A DNA stretch of 32,000 nucleotides from positions 60,001 to 92,000 of the forward strand of contig CBDCNV010000002.1 in assembly GCA_965219535.1 (NCBI GenBank), read 5' to 3'. Positions 10,470-20,219 of this stretch are shown piece by piece. The position numbers were made by a program, and so were the translations under genes. Positions within the stretch are counted from its first letter, which is position 1. Every line of letters starts with the position of its first letter. Source of the DNA: Opitutales bacterium. Lineage in GTDB: Bacteria > Verrucomicrobiota > Verrucomicrobiia > Opitutales > PNEW01. A model generated the notes under the pieces. It had not been told where the DNA came from and searched no databases. It was given only the letters and a program-made list of their open reading frames with translations.

Positions 10470-12746
10470 ATGCCACTCAGTTCGATATCAAAAGAGCAAC
10501 AAGCTAAAGCTAAGCAAGAAGGTATGGATGAAATCCAGAGCCTAGCAGCTCATTTGAAGGATTTAATTCTCTCTCAACCGCCGCTAGACTTGCTCGGCTA
10601 CGTTTACGGCCAGATACTGATTGATTTGAATGCTGCCTCTTCATTAGGCGAAGAGGTTGCATCCAATGATGACAGTATCTCTCAGGTGCGTTATCAACGT
10701 AATCAGAAGCTTGAAAAGGTGCAGTTTGTTCTGGAATATATTCATGCAGTTTTTTCATCTTTTGAAGAAGGCAGTGCAGAATCGCTCGGTAAAAAAGTCT
10801 GCGAAGAGATATTAGATGTGGCAGAACAATTGCGATTTAAGACTCTGTTGCATTGTATGATCACATCGAATAGCATAGAGGATGGCATGTTCGGCCCTAA
10901 GACGGCAGAGGTAGAGTTTTTTGCCAAAACCAACTGGGTATCGATCAGAGGCAACCGGTATCAGGTTCTTGAAGAAGAGTTTTTCAACTTCACACTTGAG
11001 ACACATGACACAGTGCTCCGCCATACTTATGGGGCTAGCTCGAGTGAAATTGCTGCCGGCTTTCAGAGTATGGCTGATTCTGTGCGTACAGGGTACATGA
11101 GTGCAGTATATTCGATGATTGAACAATGGAAGTCTGTGCAAGAATTTACCGCAGAGCGTGGCAAAACCCTAAATGATGTAGCTGGAGAATGGTTAGCGGA
11201 ACAGCCGGAACGCTCAGAGGCGTTGTCGGGCAACTTCAGCGATTTCTTTAGTGGTGGCATCTGTAATATGAGCAAACATTCTAGTTTACCAGCGATTCTG
11301 CTGGAAGATTTGTCGTTCAAACGAGGCGAAGAAACAGAATTTTTTGAGGCCGGTTCATATTGCGGGACTCCACTGCGTACGCTGCCTGCTCGAAAGAAAC
11401 CTCTAGTCCAACTGCATGGTGAGTACTTCGCAATCGATCCATGTTTCCCTCGAGATTCTGCCTATCGGGCTCTACTCTGGAACCTGCTACAACGTAACCC
11501 TCAATACAAAAATGAATTCGATACTTTACAAAAAGAAATGAGCGAGGAGGCGTTCCAACGTATCTTCAGTGAGCAATTAGCGGGCTCAACCGTAAACCAG
11601 GATTTTTTTTACAAAGATATTGATACTGGCAATTGGTGCGAGAATGACACGCTTATTAGACTTGATGATATTCTAATTTTGATTGAAGCTAAGGCAGGTG
11701 CTGCTGCGTCCATTGCTTCACCGGAACTCGACTTTGACAGGCACGTTCGCTCTGTTCAGGATCTTATCATTAAAGCCTACGAGCAATGTCGCAGGTTTTT
11801 TCGCTATCTTAGTTCAGCAGACGCTGTTCCAATCTATAAGCAAGAAGCTGGTAATTATGTCGAACTCGACCGTGTCCGTTTAGCCGACTATAGGGTCGTT
11901 TTACCAATAGGGCTAACTGTGGAATCATTTACGCCGTTTTCTTCAATGTGTAAGGAATTGCCAGCTATCCAACCAGTGCTGGGTCGATATCCATTTATAT
12001 CAATTTCAATTGACGATCTGCTCGTGATTAATCGATTTCTGCCAACCACCGGCGAGTTGGCCCATTACTTTGAAGTCCGTCAAGCCATGGCAGGAATAAA
12101 GGGTTCAAAGTTATATGATGAGATAGACCATCTCGGTGCATACATCCAGAAAAACAGGATTGACCATGATTTAAAAAACCAACTAGCCAACGGTGCATCT
12201 ATGGTAATCTTGGATGGAATGTGCGAAATAGTTGATGCCTACTTCGAGGGAAAAGATTGGGTTTCTAACCCAATTCCAACGCAAGAGTTCCCGAACGATT
12301 TAAAGGCAATGCTTCACAGTCTCAACACGTCAAGAGCAGCGGGCTGGTTAAGCTGCGAAAGTCACATACGTAATTTTAGCCATGAATCGCGGGATATAAT
12401 TTCAAATACGCTCAAAAAATTACGCATGACCCTTAGTGAGTTTGACTATCGGTATTTCTTAGTTCCTGAACCGGAGCCGATAATGTTTTGGCTACAACTA
12501 ATAGGAACAGAACACAACGCCGACCTAATGCTGGAAAAAGCACAGGCAGGTGCTATCTCCGCAAACTCGTCGAAGATTATATGTGTTTTGGCTTGGGTGT
12601 CACTGAATGGCTACTATGCCAGTGCTGAACGTATATTTGTAGACATTCCATTAGAGAGAGACACTTCCAATTCCCACGTTTTACCGACGCGGAACGTATG
12701 GCTGCACGATGCGAACCGATTATTAAACCAGATAAGAATGTCGTAG
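10470..12746 (+). CDS. Large orphan protein with a central PD-(D/E)xK-like nuclease motif; ORF track starts at TTG 10455, first ATG at 10470
   Basis: Long intact ORF. The motif ..CENDTLIRLDDILILIEAKAG.. fits the D-x(n)-(D/E)-x-K pattern of restriction-endonuclease-fold proteins. I see no other recognisable domain. The C-terminus appears frameshifted (see next feature). Confidence 0.7.
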   Translation: MPLSSISKEQQAKAKQEGMDEIQSLAAHLKDLILSQPPLDLLGYVYGQILIDLNAASSLGEEVASNDDSISQVRYQRNQKLEKVQFVLEYIHAVFSSFEEGSAESLGKKVCEEILDVAEQLRFKTLLHCMITSNSIEDGMFGPKTAEVEFFAKTNWVSIRGNRYQVLEEEFFNFTLETHDTVLRHTYGASSSEIAAGFQSMADSVRTGYMSAVYSMIEQWKSVQEFTAERGKTLNDVAGEWLAEQPERSEALSGNFSDFFSGGICNMSKHSSLPAILLEDLSFKRGEETEFFEAGSYCGTPLRTLPARKKPLVQLHGEYFAIDPCFPRDSAYRALLWNLLQRNPQYKNEFDTLQKEMSEEAFQRIFSEQLAGSTVNQDFFYKDIDTGNWCENDTLIRLDDILILIEAKAGAAASIASPELDFDRHVRSVQDLIIKAYEQCRRFFRYLSSADAVPIYKQEAGNYVELDRVRLADYRVVLPIGLTVESFTPFSSMCKELPAIQPVLGRYPFISISIDDLLVINRFLPTTGELAHYFEVRQAMAGIKGSKLYDEIDHLGAYIQKNRIDHDLKNQLANGASMVILDGMCEIVDAYFEGKDWVSNPIPTQEFPNDLKAMLHSLNTSRAAGWLSCESHIRNFSHESRDIISNTLKKLRMTLSEFDYRYFLVPEPEPIMFWLQLIGTEHNADLMLEKAQAGAISANSSKIICVLAWVSLNGYYASAERIFVDIPLERDTSNSHVLPTRNVWLHDANRLLNQIRMS

Positions 12747-12838
12747 GTAAACCATCGAAAAGAAAAATGCGAAGAAATGAACCTTGTTGGTGCGGTAGCG
12801 AGAAGAAATTCAAAAAATGCCATGGACGAAATCAGTGA
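12629..12838 (+). other. Open frame (-1 relative to the 763-aa ORF) encoding a SEC-C zinc-binding motif; probable displaced C-terminus of the upstream gene, or a 46-aa ORF from the ATG at 12698
   Basis: Hand translation gives ..FTDAERMAARCEPIIKPDKNVVGKPSKRKMRRNEPCWCGSEKKFKKCHGRNQ*. CWCGSEKKFKKCH matches the SecA C-terminal SEC-C metal-binding motif (C-x-C-x8-C-H). The frame overlaps the last ~118 nt (12629-12746) of the 10470..12746 ORF. Confidence 0.6.
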
Positions 12839-12921
12839 TACAATTTAATTCCAGTAGTTACGATAAGATCTGAGAGGTGGTAAAAAACCGGGTTGCCCTA
12901 TGTTGGGAACAATAGAACTAA

Positions 12922-12947
12922 ACAGCCCCAAGGGGCTGTTGTTGTTT
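12922..12947 (+). terminator. Rho-independent terminator candidate downstream of the SEC-C frame
   Basis: acagccc-caag-gggctgt stem-loop followed by tgttgttt, about 85 nt after the stop at 12836-12838. Confidence 0.55.
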
Positions 12948-12969
12948 AACTTCCCACACAGAGTTACCT

Positions 12970-13630
12970 TTTGCTAGTGTCTGTCAGATCTGATCATTAC
13001 TAGTACACATAAAATCCATCGACCAACGCTCCTGGACAGCGCAAGCTGAGGGCGGTGAGAACTCCCTTTGCCGACACGCTTTTTAGACATTTTCCTGCGC
13101 ACTTCCAGTTCTTTAACCTTGTAGATCCAATAAACGCGTTTCTTTCCTAACAACCAGTCTTCCCGCTTTAATAACACCCTAATTCGCCAATACCCATAGT
13201 GCACGCGGACGGTGGCGATGTTACGGATACGCATTACCAGTGCGCGGTTCGTCCTTCATCACAGGTTGGTCGTTATAACTTGACAAATACAACGGCAGCA
13301 ACCTGCATGCCTAGCGTTTGCTCTCCTCACAGGTTTCCACTAAACAGTCAGCAAACACCATCTTGCGTACAGGTTTAATTCGGTTGAACCCCAAGCCCGT
13401 GTATTTACCGTCCCAGCGGTGGAAGGTCTTGCTCTGCTCACGCCTGACTCTCGGCACCCTCCGTCTGTCCTTTGATCCCTTTCTATCAGTCTTAGGACAT
13501 AGATCATTTGTGTTTTACGATAGCAGTTTCCCTTTGCTTTTCATGGAAGTTTTTTCCCTGTCTCTTATTAACTTTTCCACCCATCCGAGACTAAATCTTT
13601 GCTCGTCCAGTTTTAAGAGGACAAGTCACA
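12970..13630 (-). mobile_element. Truncated IS3-family (IS407-like lineage) left part: OrfA plus the N-terminus of OrfB
   Basis: 12974..13234 reads ..VHYGYWRIRVLLKREDWLLGKKRVYWIYK.. (OrfB N-terminus). Minus-strand hand translation of 13300-13545 gives MKSKGK...EQSKTFHRWDGKYTGLG with stops (OrfA). The terminus lies near 13630 (tgtgacttgtcc on the minus strand). Confidence 0.7.
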
Positions 13631-14074
13631 GTCCTTTTGTTTCATTAAACTTATCGAATTGATTCATCTCCACGAGGGACTATCCGCCAGAAACGATCTG
13701 CTTCACCAGTTGTTACCAGATAGAGATAGTATTTGCGGATCACTGATTCGGAGTTACCCACCTGAAGCGCGGCGTCTCCTACCGAGCGGAAGGATCCCAC
13801 GGTCATCGATATATAAGTATGACGAAGGACATTTTGGGTAAGTTTGCGCTCTTCACGGACATGAGCTAGCATGTCGGGGAACCTTCTTGTTGGAATGATC
13901 GGGTAGCAGGCAGGAGGATACTTCTCCAGCCAAAGACTAAGGTTGGGCTGGATTTTAATGGCACGCTTTTCCTTAACTTTCGAGACCTCCGGTTCGATAA
14001 GAATAATCCCGGTATCCATACGGATATGCTTGGGTTTGAGTTTGCTCATTTCACCGTGCTTCCAGTCGGGTCTG
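13299..14074. repeat. Copy 1 of a diverged direct repeat (IS3 OrfA region + IS end + integrase 3' part)
   Basis: Aligns by eye along its whole length with 21389-22150, same orientation, at very roughly three-quarters identity. Shared strings include ccacccat..gactaaatctttgctcgtccag, gagggactatcc.ccagaaacgatctgct and ctcctaccgagcggaagga.cccac.gtcatcga. Confidence 0.75.
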
Positions 14075-14876
14075 ATTCCTGCAAACAGGGCTAATGAGAA
14101 GTAAGGCACCATGCACCCGGATTCACCCCACCATAACCCGTCCCTGCTCTGCTCTTGCCACGATAAAATTCCAGCCACTCCATCAGTTCGGTTGCTTCAT
14201 TAGCAGAGTGAATCTCCGCGCTACCCATGCGTTGTTTTATTTTATACTGGGGGACTTCCAGAATTGGGTTTTCTCCAACATATTTTTTCGACGCACAGTA
14301 TTTGAAGAAAGTGCTTAGGTAACTACGGCGGTTATTCCATGTTTTAAGAGAGAGCACTGCTTTTGAGCAATGGTGTCGTGTGTCGAGGTAAGTATTAATC
14401 TCAGCAGGTTGAATTTCATTCACGATTCGTTCCGCGAATATACCCTTTAATTTTTTCATCTCACGAATGATGCCCTGCTCCTGGCAAAATGAGATGATAC
14501 CAAGCTCCATTTCCATGGATTTATGATCGCAATACTCTCAGACCGCCTCTTCGACCGTCATGGTCTCGGCAGCTACTTTATAATGCGCTAAAAATAGTTA
14601 ACCGCGAAGGTGAGCGGTTTATTGGACTTGGCTTGGTTGAGAAGATTAATAGCTGCAGTGGCCTCTTTGTTCTGCCGGTGGGACAGGGTTGTCCAAACGG
14701 TCTTCCCTTCGGATTGTTCGTTTAAATACCGGATAGATAACTGTTGACGCTCTGCGATGGCATCGTTGTGGGACTTGAAATTCTTGCGTATTTGCTTGCC
14801 GTTTAGGGTGCCGGATAAACGCCATGCTTCTGACCTGCTGAAGATATATAAGATTTTTCCTCATATTCTCTATCAT
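13651..14876 (-). pseudogene. Tyrosine recombinase / phage-type integrase, disrupted by several frameshifts and an in-frame stop
   Basis: 13651..14178 carries the catalytic C-terminus (..LRHTYISMTVGSFRSVGDAALQVGNSESVIRKYY..). 14091..14516 carries the SAM-like N-domain. Hand translation near 14600-14830 gives the arm-binding-type N-terminus ..EAWRLSGTLNGKQIRKNFKSHNDAIAERQQL.. in a third frame. Confidence 0.8.
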
Positions 14877-15135
14877 CTCTCGCTAACAATATCGTGACTA
14901 CTTCCTCGTCTTGTAAAACGGAGTGTAAAAGTATATAGGTATGCAATGGGCGACCGTATTTGCATACCATATTGAATTCCTGACAATTACTGCCAAATTT
15001 GATGTGATTTCATTCCATTGGATGCCCATCCATTCCTTTTTAAGAATCAGATAATTCTATAGATAAAGCTTTGAATATAAGCTAAATGATTCATAAAGTT
15101 AACTTTAGTTAAAAATATAATATTTTAATAACAAG

Positions 15136-15163
15136 TCGAATTCAAGTCTCGTCTGTCCCGCCA
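15136..15163 (+). other. Possible decayed tRNA 3'-end fragment (att-site relic)
   Basis: tcgaaTTCAAGTctcgtctgtcccgCCA has a T-loop-like TTCAAGT, a 7-nt acceptor-like stretch and a terminal CCA. Only 3 of 5 T-stem pairs form, and there is no upstream tRNA body. Confidence 0.2.
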
Positions 15164-16720
15164 TTTATCAAGAGCTTACGAAATTATGAGCCCATGGCTT
15201 ATACTCATCTATCAGTCTTCGTTACATCTTATTACCTGCAAGTCACTTACCCTTTCGCACGACCTACCCATTTCTTTGTCGGTTGAACTGTATCCTATGT
15301 GGTCTTCAATCAGCAAAGTCAGGACCATAAGTGTCCCCCCTTTTCCGGTAATGTATCGTCTCGGGTATCCAGAAACTTATTCGTGCCTTGTGGGTTAGTT
15401 CCTTTACGGAGGAAAACCACCCTGTAGTTGTGTTGGAAAGCATCCACAAAGGCATAAAGAAAAGGCAGGACTTAAAACTGAAACTAATGGTAAGAATGGT
15501 AACGACGCCACAGTCCTTCAGGGACTTGACAAGGTCGGATCCAATGGAAGCGCTCTTCCCTCGTTTGCTGATGATAAGTTCGACAGGATGAGGTTTGATT
15601 CTTTTAGCCCAATTAGGAGACACAGGATCTGAAACGCTGGGTTTATTGGTTTGTCTCGTGGTGTGTGATGAGTTTCGTAGAAGCACGTCTTGAGCTCCGT
15701 TCGGCCAAGACGCGTTGTGCAAATAAATGGCTATTACCCCGATCGCACGGTGGCAGCTAATGTCAGTGCAATGTGTAATTCGACGCCAGAATTACGATGG
15801 AGGCCACAATCAATGAGCAAATTGCTGTCATCTGAAGATTCAGTGTCAGAGTTGTGTAGGTAAATTCTTGAGCTCAAGCATCCGTGAATCAAACTGGTAG
15901 TTACATCTTCATTATTTTCAGAGCTAACTTTCATACATAATCGATAGCTACATTTAAATAAATACGATGAAATGAAACGGCTTTCGCTATTTAACGCTAT
16001 ATGCTTTTATTTAGTTTCTCTGGACATAAGCGATAAGCTGATTCATAAGTGCTTATTAATTAACATAAAGAGTTGATTAATAAGGGGTGAGGGAAGGGAG
16101 AGTTTAACCCCTTGTAGAAGGCTTATTAACCCTCCTCTTTACCGGCTAAGGCTTGCCTGAAATTTCTACTTTTGTATATCCTGCAACTTCGTAACGGTAA
16201 CGTTATATTCGGCTAGTCGTTTCCTGTACGCCAGGGTAAGAAACAGGATCTCACTGTAAAAAGTAGCCCACTAAAAAAAAGAGGTCGGATCGACACGATC
16301 CTGTACTTATCTATCTACGAATCGATACTGAGAGGTTGTCCACTATTAAGGTTAAAGTGGTAACACTAAAAAGGTGACTATTCCTTCGAAGGTTGCTTAA
16401 ACAGGTCATTATCAGTACCAGTGAGCGCGGATAAAAAGAGAAAGTTCAAGGAAAAGTTAAATCCACTGTGATTATGTTACTTGAACCGGGTTACGGATTC
16501 ACTTGAGGTAGAAGGCCTTGGATGGTTACCCGCACAACGGTTATTATCTGTAATAGCAACGACTTGATCTTAGAGGTTACCCTATCGGGAAGTATTAAGT
16601 GTCAGCTTGCTATTGGTTGTTCATTCTCCTGGTTAAAGTCATCTACTTTTTGTCTCCAAAGCCCCTTGTCTTCAAGTGATAGGACCCCTTTTTAGTACAG
16701 TTTTACGGGGACACGTTAGA

Positions 16721-16821
16721 TGTTAATGGTTTTAGGATTGATGTATAGGAGAGATCTTGACGAAATAAGGGCGTGGCCCGAACGCGGTCAGGATCGCAAA
16801 GTAATCTGACAAACTCTAGTG
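16721..16821 (-). mobile_element. Solo 3' fragment of an IS3-family transposase gene (related to 7597-7697)
   Basis: tgttaatggttttaggattgatgtatagga...gggcgt.gcccgaacgcgg.caggatcg.aa.g.aatctgacaaactct.gtg is shared with 7597-7697, where it encodes the transposase C-terminus. Confidence 0.7.
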
Positions 16822-16873
16822 CACACATTCTTCATTCCTATTCCTGTGTGGTTTTATGAAAGTGTGAAGCATT

Positions 16874-17471
16874 ATGAAAACTGTTTCTGTCATCAGCCAG
16901 AAAGGAGGCTCAGGGAAACTACCCCTCGCCTTACACTTGGCTGTGGCTTCCATCTCTGAACAGCGCAATACGGCCGTGATTGATCTCGACCCACAAGCCT
17001 CGGCGACGAAATGGTCCGATCGTCACGATGCTGATTTGCCGGTTGTCTTTTCAGCGCATGCCAGTCGCTTGCACCACGAGATGCATCACGTTGACGAGAC
17101 TGGCGGCGAAATCCTATTTCTCGACACAGCACCGCATTTGGACAGCGCAGCATTGGAAGCCGCGAAGATTTCCGTTCTTATTCTGATCCCTTGCCGTCCT
17201 GCCATTCTCGATATGGAGGCCATATCGAACCACCCTTGATCTCGTGAAAACGATCGGCAAGCCGGTTTTCGTCGTGATGAATGCTGTTGCTGCGCAAAGG
17301 AAAGAGGCCGAGGAAGTGGTCTAGGCGAGCGTTGCGCTCGATATTCAGGTCTGCCCTGTACGGCTGGTTAGTCATGTGGCGTTTTCCCGATCGCTGATAA
17401 CTGGCCAGACTGCGCAAGAGTTTGAACCGGATGATAAAACCGCCCATGAAATTACGCAATTGCCAACATGA
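16874..17471 (+). pseudogene. parA: ParA-family partition ATPase, frameshifted and with an in-frame stop
   Basis: ISQKGGSGK (deviant Walker A), AVIDLDPQASATKW and FLDTAPHLDSAALEAAK are present. The frame changes near 17235 and continues LVKTIGKPVFVVMNAVAAQRKEAEEVV*..VCPVRLVSHVAFSRSLITGQTAQEFEPDDKTAHEI, with a TAG at 17322-17324. Confidence 0.8.
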
Positions 17472-17537
17472 AGGAGGTTGATTGACACAACCTGATGTTA
17501 ACAACATTAGTAGCTGCTGACTAAAGAATCAGAACAT

Positions 17538-20117
17538 ATGAATTCGTGCCTATTTTTTACCAAAATATTCCGATCAATCTGCTTGAAGCACTTTCTGGTG
17601 CTGTGTTTGATGCTATTCCTGTTCTCCGATCCGCGTGTCTTAGCTCAGAATGAAGAGATTGTGGAACTCGAAGAATTAGTAGTGCTCGGTTCCCGCAGTC
17701 CATTACGCACGGTTGCCGATTCTCCAGTGCCGGTGGATGTGATCGAGCCCGATGCTTTACTTAATCTGGCCGATACGGACATGGATGATATGCTAAGAGC
17801 GATTATCCCCTCTTACAACGTCAACCAGCAACCCATCAGTGATGCCGCTACGCTGATGCGCCCGGCCAATCTGCGAGGGCTGCCCCCGGACGTCACTCTG
17901 GTCTTAATCAATGGCAAACGGCGTCATCGAGGCAGCGTGATTACTTTTGGAGGAGGAGGTATTTCGGATGGGGCGCAAGGTGCTGATCTTTCTGTCATCC
18001 CGGCCATTGCGCTCGATCGTGTGGAAGTCTTACACGACGGGGCATCCGCTCAGTATGGCTCCGACGCCATCGCCGGAGTTATTAATTTCGTGCTCAAGGA
18101 CAATCCCGATGGAGGGACGCTCAAAGCCCACTGGGGTGAGACCTACGATGGAGATGGCGATACTTTCACCGTTTCCACTAACATGGGCCTGCCGTTGACC
18201 GATGCGGGCTTTGCGAACTTCAGTCTAGAATACAAAGAAGCCCAGCCCACCAGCCGCAGCGTTCAGCGTGCCGATGCCCAGGCCCTGATAGAGGCGGGCA
18301 ACACCGAGGTGCGCACCCCTGCCGCACAAGTCTGGGGCGCTCCGGAGGTTAAATACGACTTTAAATTCTTTGCCAATGTGGGCCTCGACCTGGGCAACAG
18401 CGAAGTCTACTCCTTTGCTAACTGGGCAAAGCGGGAGATAGAAGGCGGTTTCTTTTTTCGCAACCCTAACACCCGCAACGGGGTGTTCAGGGGACCGGTG
18501 GTCGATGAGACCCCCACCATCCTGGTGGCCGATTTGACGGGCGATATGTCCGGGACCCCTCCCGTGGTCAAAGTTATCGAGAATGTGCCCGATGCGGCCG
18601 CTCTGGCCGCGGTGGCTGCGGACCCAAATTTATTTGCTTTTAACGAGCGCTTTCCCGGTGGGTTCACCCCTCAATTTGGAGGTACCCTGACAGACGTAAG
18701 CCTCGCCGTGGGTATCAGGGGGGAGTTGGATAACAGCTGGCTCTATGACCTGAGCGCCGTTTTCGGTCGTAGCAATTCCGACTTCTTCATCAAAAACACG
18801 ATCAATCCCCAACTGGCCACCCAACAAACCAACATCCCCACCCAATACGAACCCGGCGCCTACACCGAGACCGATCGCGTCGTCAATTTAGACCTCTCCA
18901 GACAATTAGACAACGATATTTTCCACTCCCCGCTCAATGTTGCCTTCGGCTTTGAGTATCGCGGTGAAAATTTCAAGATCGAAAACGGGGAGCTTAATTC
19001 TTTCTTTATCGACCCCATCCTCGCCGCCCAGGGTTTCGGGATCGGCTCCAACGGCTTCCCCGGCTTCAAGCCGGAGGACGCAGGAGAGGCTGACAGGGCC
19101 AGTTACGCCGCCTACCTCGACTTCGAAGCCGACGTGGTCAAGGATCTTTTAGTCGGTGCAGCGGTTCGCTATGAGGACTATGAAGACTTCGGGGATACCT
19201 TAAACGGCAAGATAACCGCTCGCAGACAGCTGACCGATAACTTTGCCCTGCGCGGCTCGTTGAGCACCGGGTTTCGCGCCCCGACGGTGGGGCAAACGAG
19301 CGTTCGCAATGTGAGCACTACATTCACCAATGGAAGACTGGCAGATCAGGCGACCCTGCCGCCCACTAATCCCATTTCGGTGCAAAAGGGCGGCAGGTTG
19401 CTGGAGCCGGAAACCTCCACTAATGTTGCCCTCGGCACGGTGCTTACCCTCGGTGATCTCAACTTGAGCATCGACTATTACAACATTACGTTGGAAGACC
19501 GGATCGCTCTCACCAGTGTCCAGATTTTAACGCAGGAGGATATAGACGCGCTGCTGGCTCAGGGGGTCGCCGATGCCTCCAGTTTCACCGGCATAAGATT
19601 CTTTACCAACGATTTCGATACCACTACCCAGGGAATCGACATCGTTGCCTCTTACTCCACGGATCTATTTGGTGGCGATAATACACTCTTCAGCTTCGCG
19701 GCCAACTGGAATGAGACCAAGGTTAACCGGTTCAATCCGGAGATCATCGATCCGCTGGTGCGGGTAGGGCAACTGGAAAAAAGCCTGCCCGAGGTCCGCT
19801 TCTCCCTGACTGCTAACCACTACAAGGGGCCTTGGCGGTTCCTCGGCCGCGTCCAATACTATGACGACTTCTTGGAGTTCCATGGGAATCAGGCTTCCCT
19901 GCCCATCAACGCCACTGCCAAGTGGTTCTTTGACGCAGAGGTGGCATACACTTTCAACGAGAGGGTAACCTTTGTGGCGGGCGCGCAGAACCTCTTTGAC
20001 AATTATCCGACCGAAAATCCTCATGCGGAGATTCTGGGGGCGAGATACCCTAGGGTTTCGCCCTATGGATTTAACGGCGGATTCTATTACTTCAAGGCCA
20101 TTTGGAAATTCCGCTAA
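17538..20117 (+). CDS. TonB-dependent outer-membrane receptor, 859 aa
   Basis: Hydrophobic N-terminal signal-like segment. Plug-domain start ELEELVVLGSRSP and GKRRHRG..SDAIAGVINFVLKD. Beta-barrel-like repeats with GFRAPT. Aromatic-rich C-terminal strand ..GFYYFKAIWKFR. Confidence 0.85.
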   Translation: MNSCLFFTKIFRSICLKHFLVLCLMLFLFSDPRVLAQNEEIVELEELVVLGSRSPLRTVADSPVPVDVIEPDALLNLADTDMDDMLRAIIPSYNVNQQPISDAATLMRPANLRGLPPDVTLVLINGKRRHRGSVITFGGGGISDGAQGADLSVIPAIALDRVEVLHDGASAQYGSDAIAGVINFVLKDNPDGGTLKAHWGETYDGDGDTFTVSTNMGLPLTDAGFANFSLEYKEAQPTSRSVQRADAQALIEAGNTEVRTPAAQVWGAPEVKYDFKFFANVGLDLGNSEVYSFANWAKREIEGGFFFRNPNTRNGVFRGPVVDETPTILVADLTGDMSGTPPVVKVIENVPDAAALAAVAADPNLFAFNERFPGGFTPQFGGTLTDVSLAVGIRGELDNSWLYDLSAVFGRSNSDFFIKNTINPQLATQQTNIPTQYEPGAYTETDRVVNLDLSRQLDNDIFHSPLNVAFGFEYRGENFKIENGELNSFFIDPILAAQGFGIGSNGFPGFKPEDAGEADRASYAAYLDFEADVVKDLLVGAAVRYEDYEDFGDTLNGKITARRQLTDNFALRGSLSTGFRAPTVGQTSVRNVSTTFTNGRLADQATLPPTNPISVQKGGRLLEPETSTNVALGTVLTLGDLNLSIDYYNITLEDRIALTSVQILTQEDIDALLAQGVADASSFTGIRFFTNDFDTTTQGIDIVASYSTDLFGGDNTLFSFAANWNETKVNRFNPEIIDPLVRVGQLEKSLPEVRFSLTANHYKGPWRFLGRVQYYDDFLEFHGNQASLPINATAKWFFDAEVAYTFNERVTFVAGAQNLFDNYPTENPHAEILGARYPRVSPYGFNGGFYYFKAIWKFR

Positions 20118-20219
20118 AACTACCCCCTATTGTCCCTCTTCTCATCGACATCCCAATGATCACCAACGGCGATAGAGTAACGCACGGTTCAAAGATGGTA
20201 CCTTTTGCAGGGTGTGATA

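Noticed and set aside
12629-12746. Programmed -1 ribosomal frameshifting to join the 763-aa ORF to the SEC-C frame
   Set aside because: The overlap contains no canonical X-XXY-YYZ slippery heptamer and no obvious downstream pseudoknot. A simple 1-nt indel is the more economical explanation.
15186-15934. Short ORFs (15186..15398, 15306..15722, 15388..15591, 15734..15934)
   Set aside because: They overlap one another on opposite strands, have low-complexity or implausible sequences, and carry no motifs. They are not called as genes.
17480-17500. TGTTAACA palindrome upstream of the TonB-dependent receptor as a Fur box
   Set aside because: It is only an 8-bp palindrome, bears little resemblance to the 19-bp GATAATGATAATCATTATC consensus, and lies within the tail of the parA pseudogene region.
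17947-20175. Numerous 60-120-aa ORFs on both strands inside the TonB-dependent receptor gene
   Set aside because: All are overlapped by the 859-aa receptor frame, which has plug and barrel signatures. They are alternative-frame artefacts.
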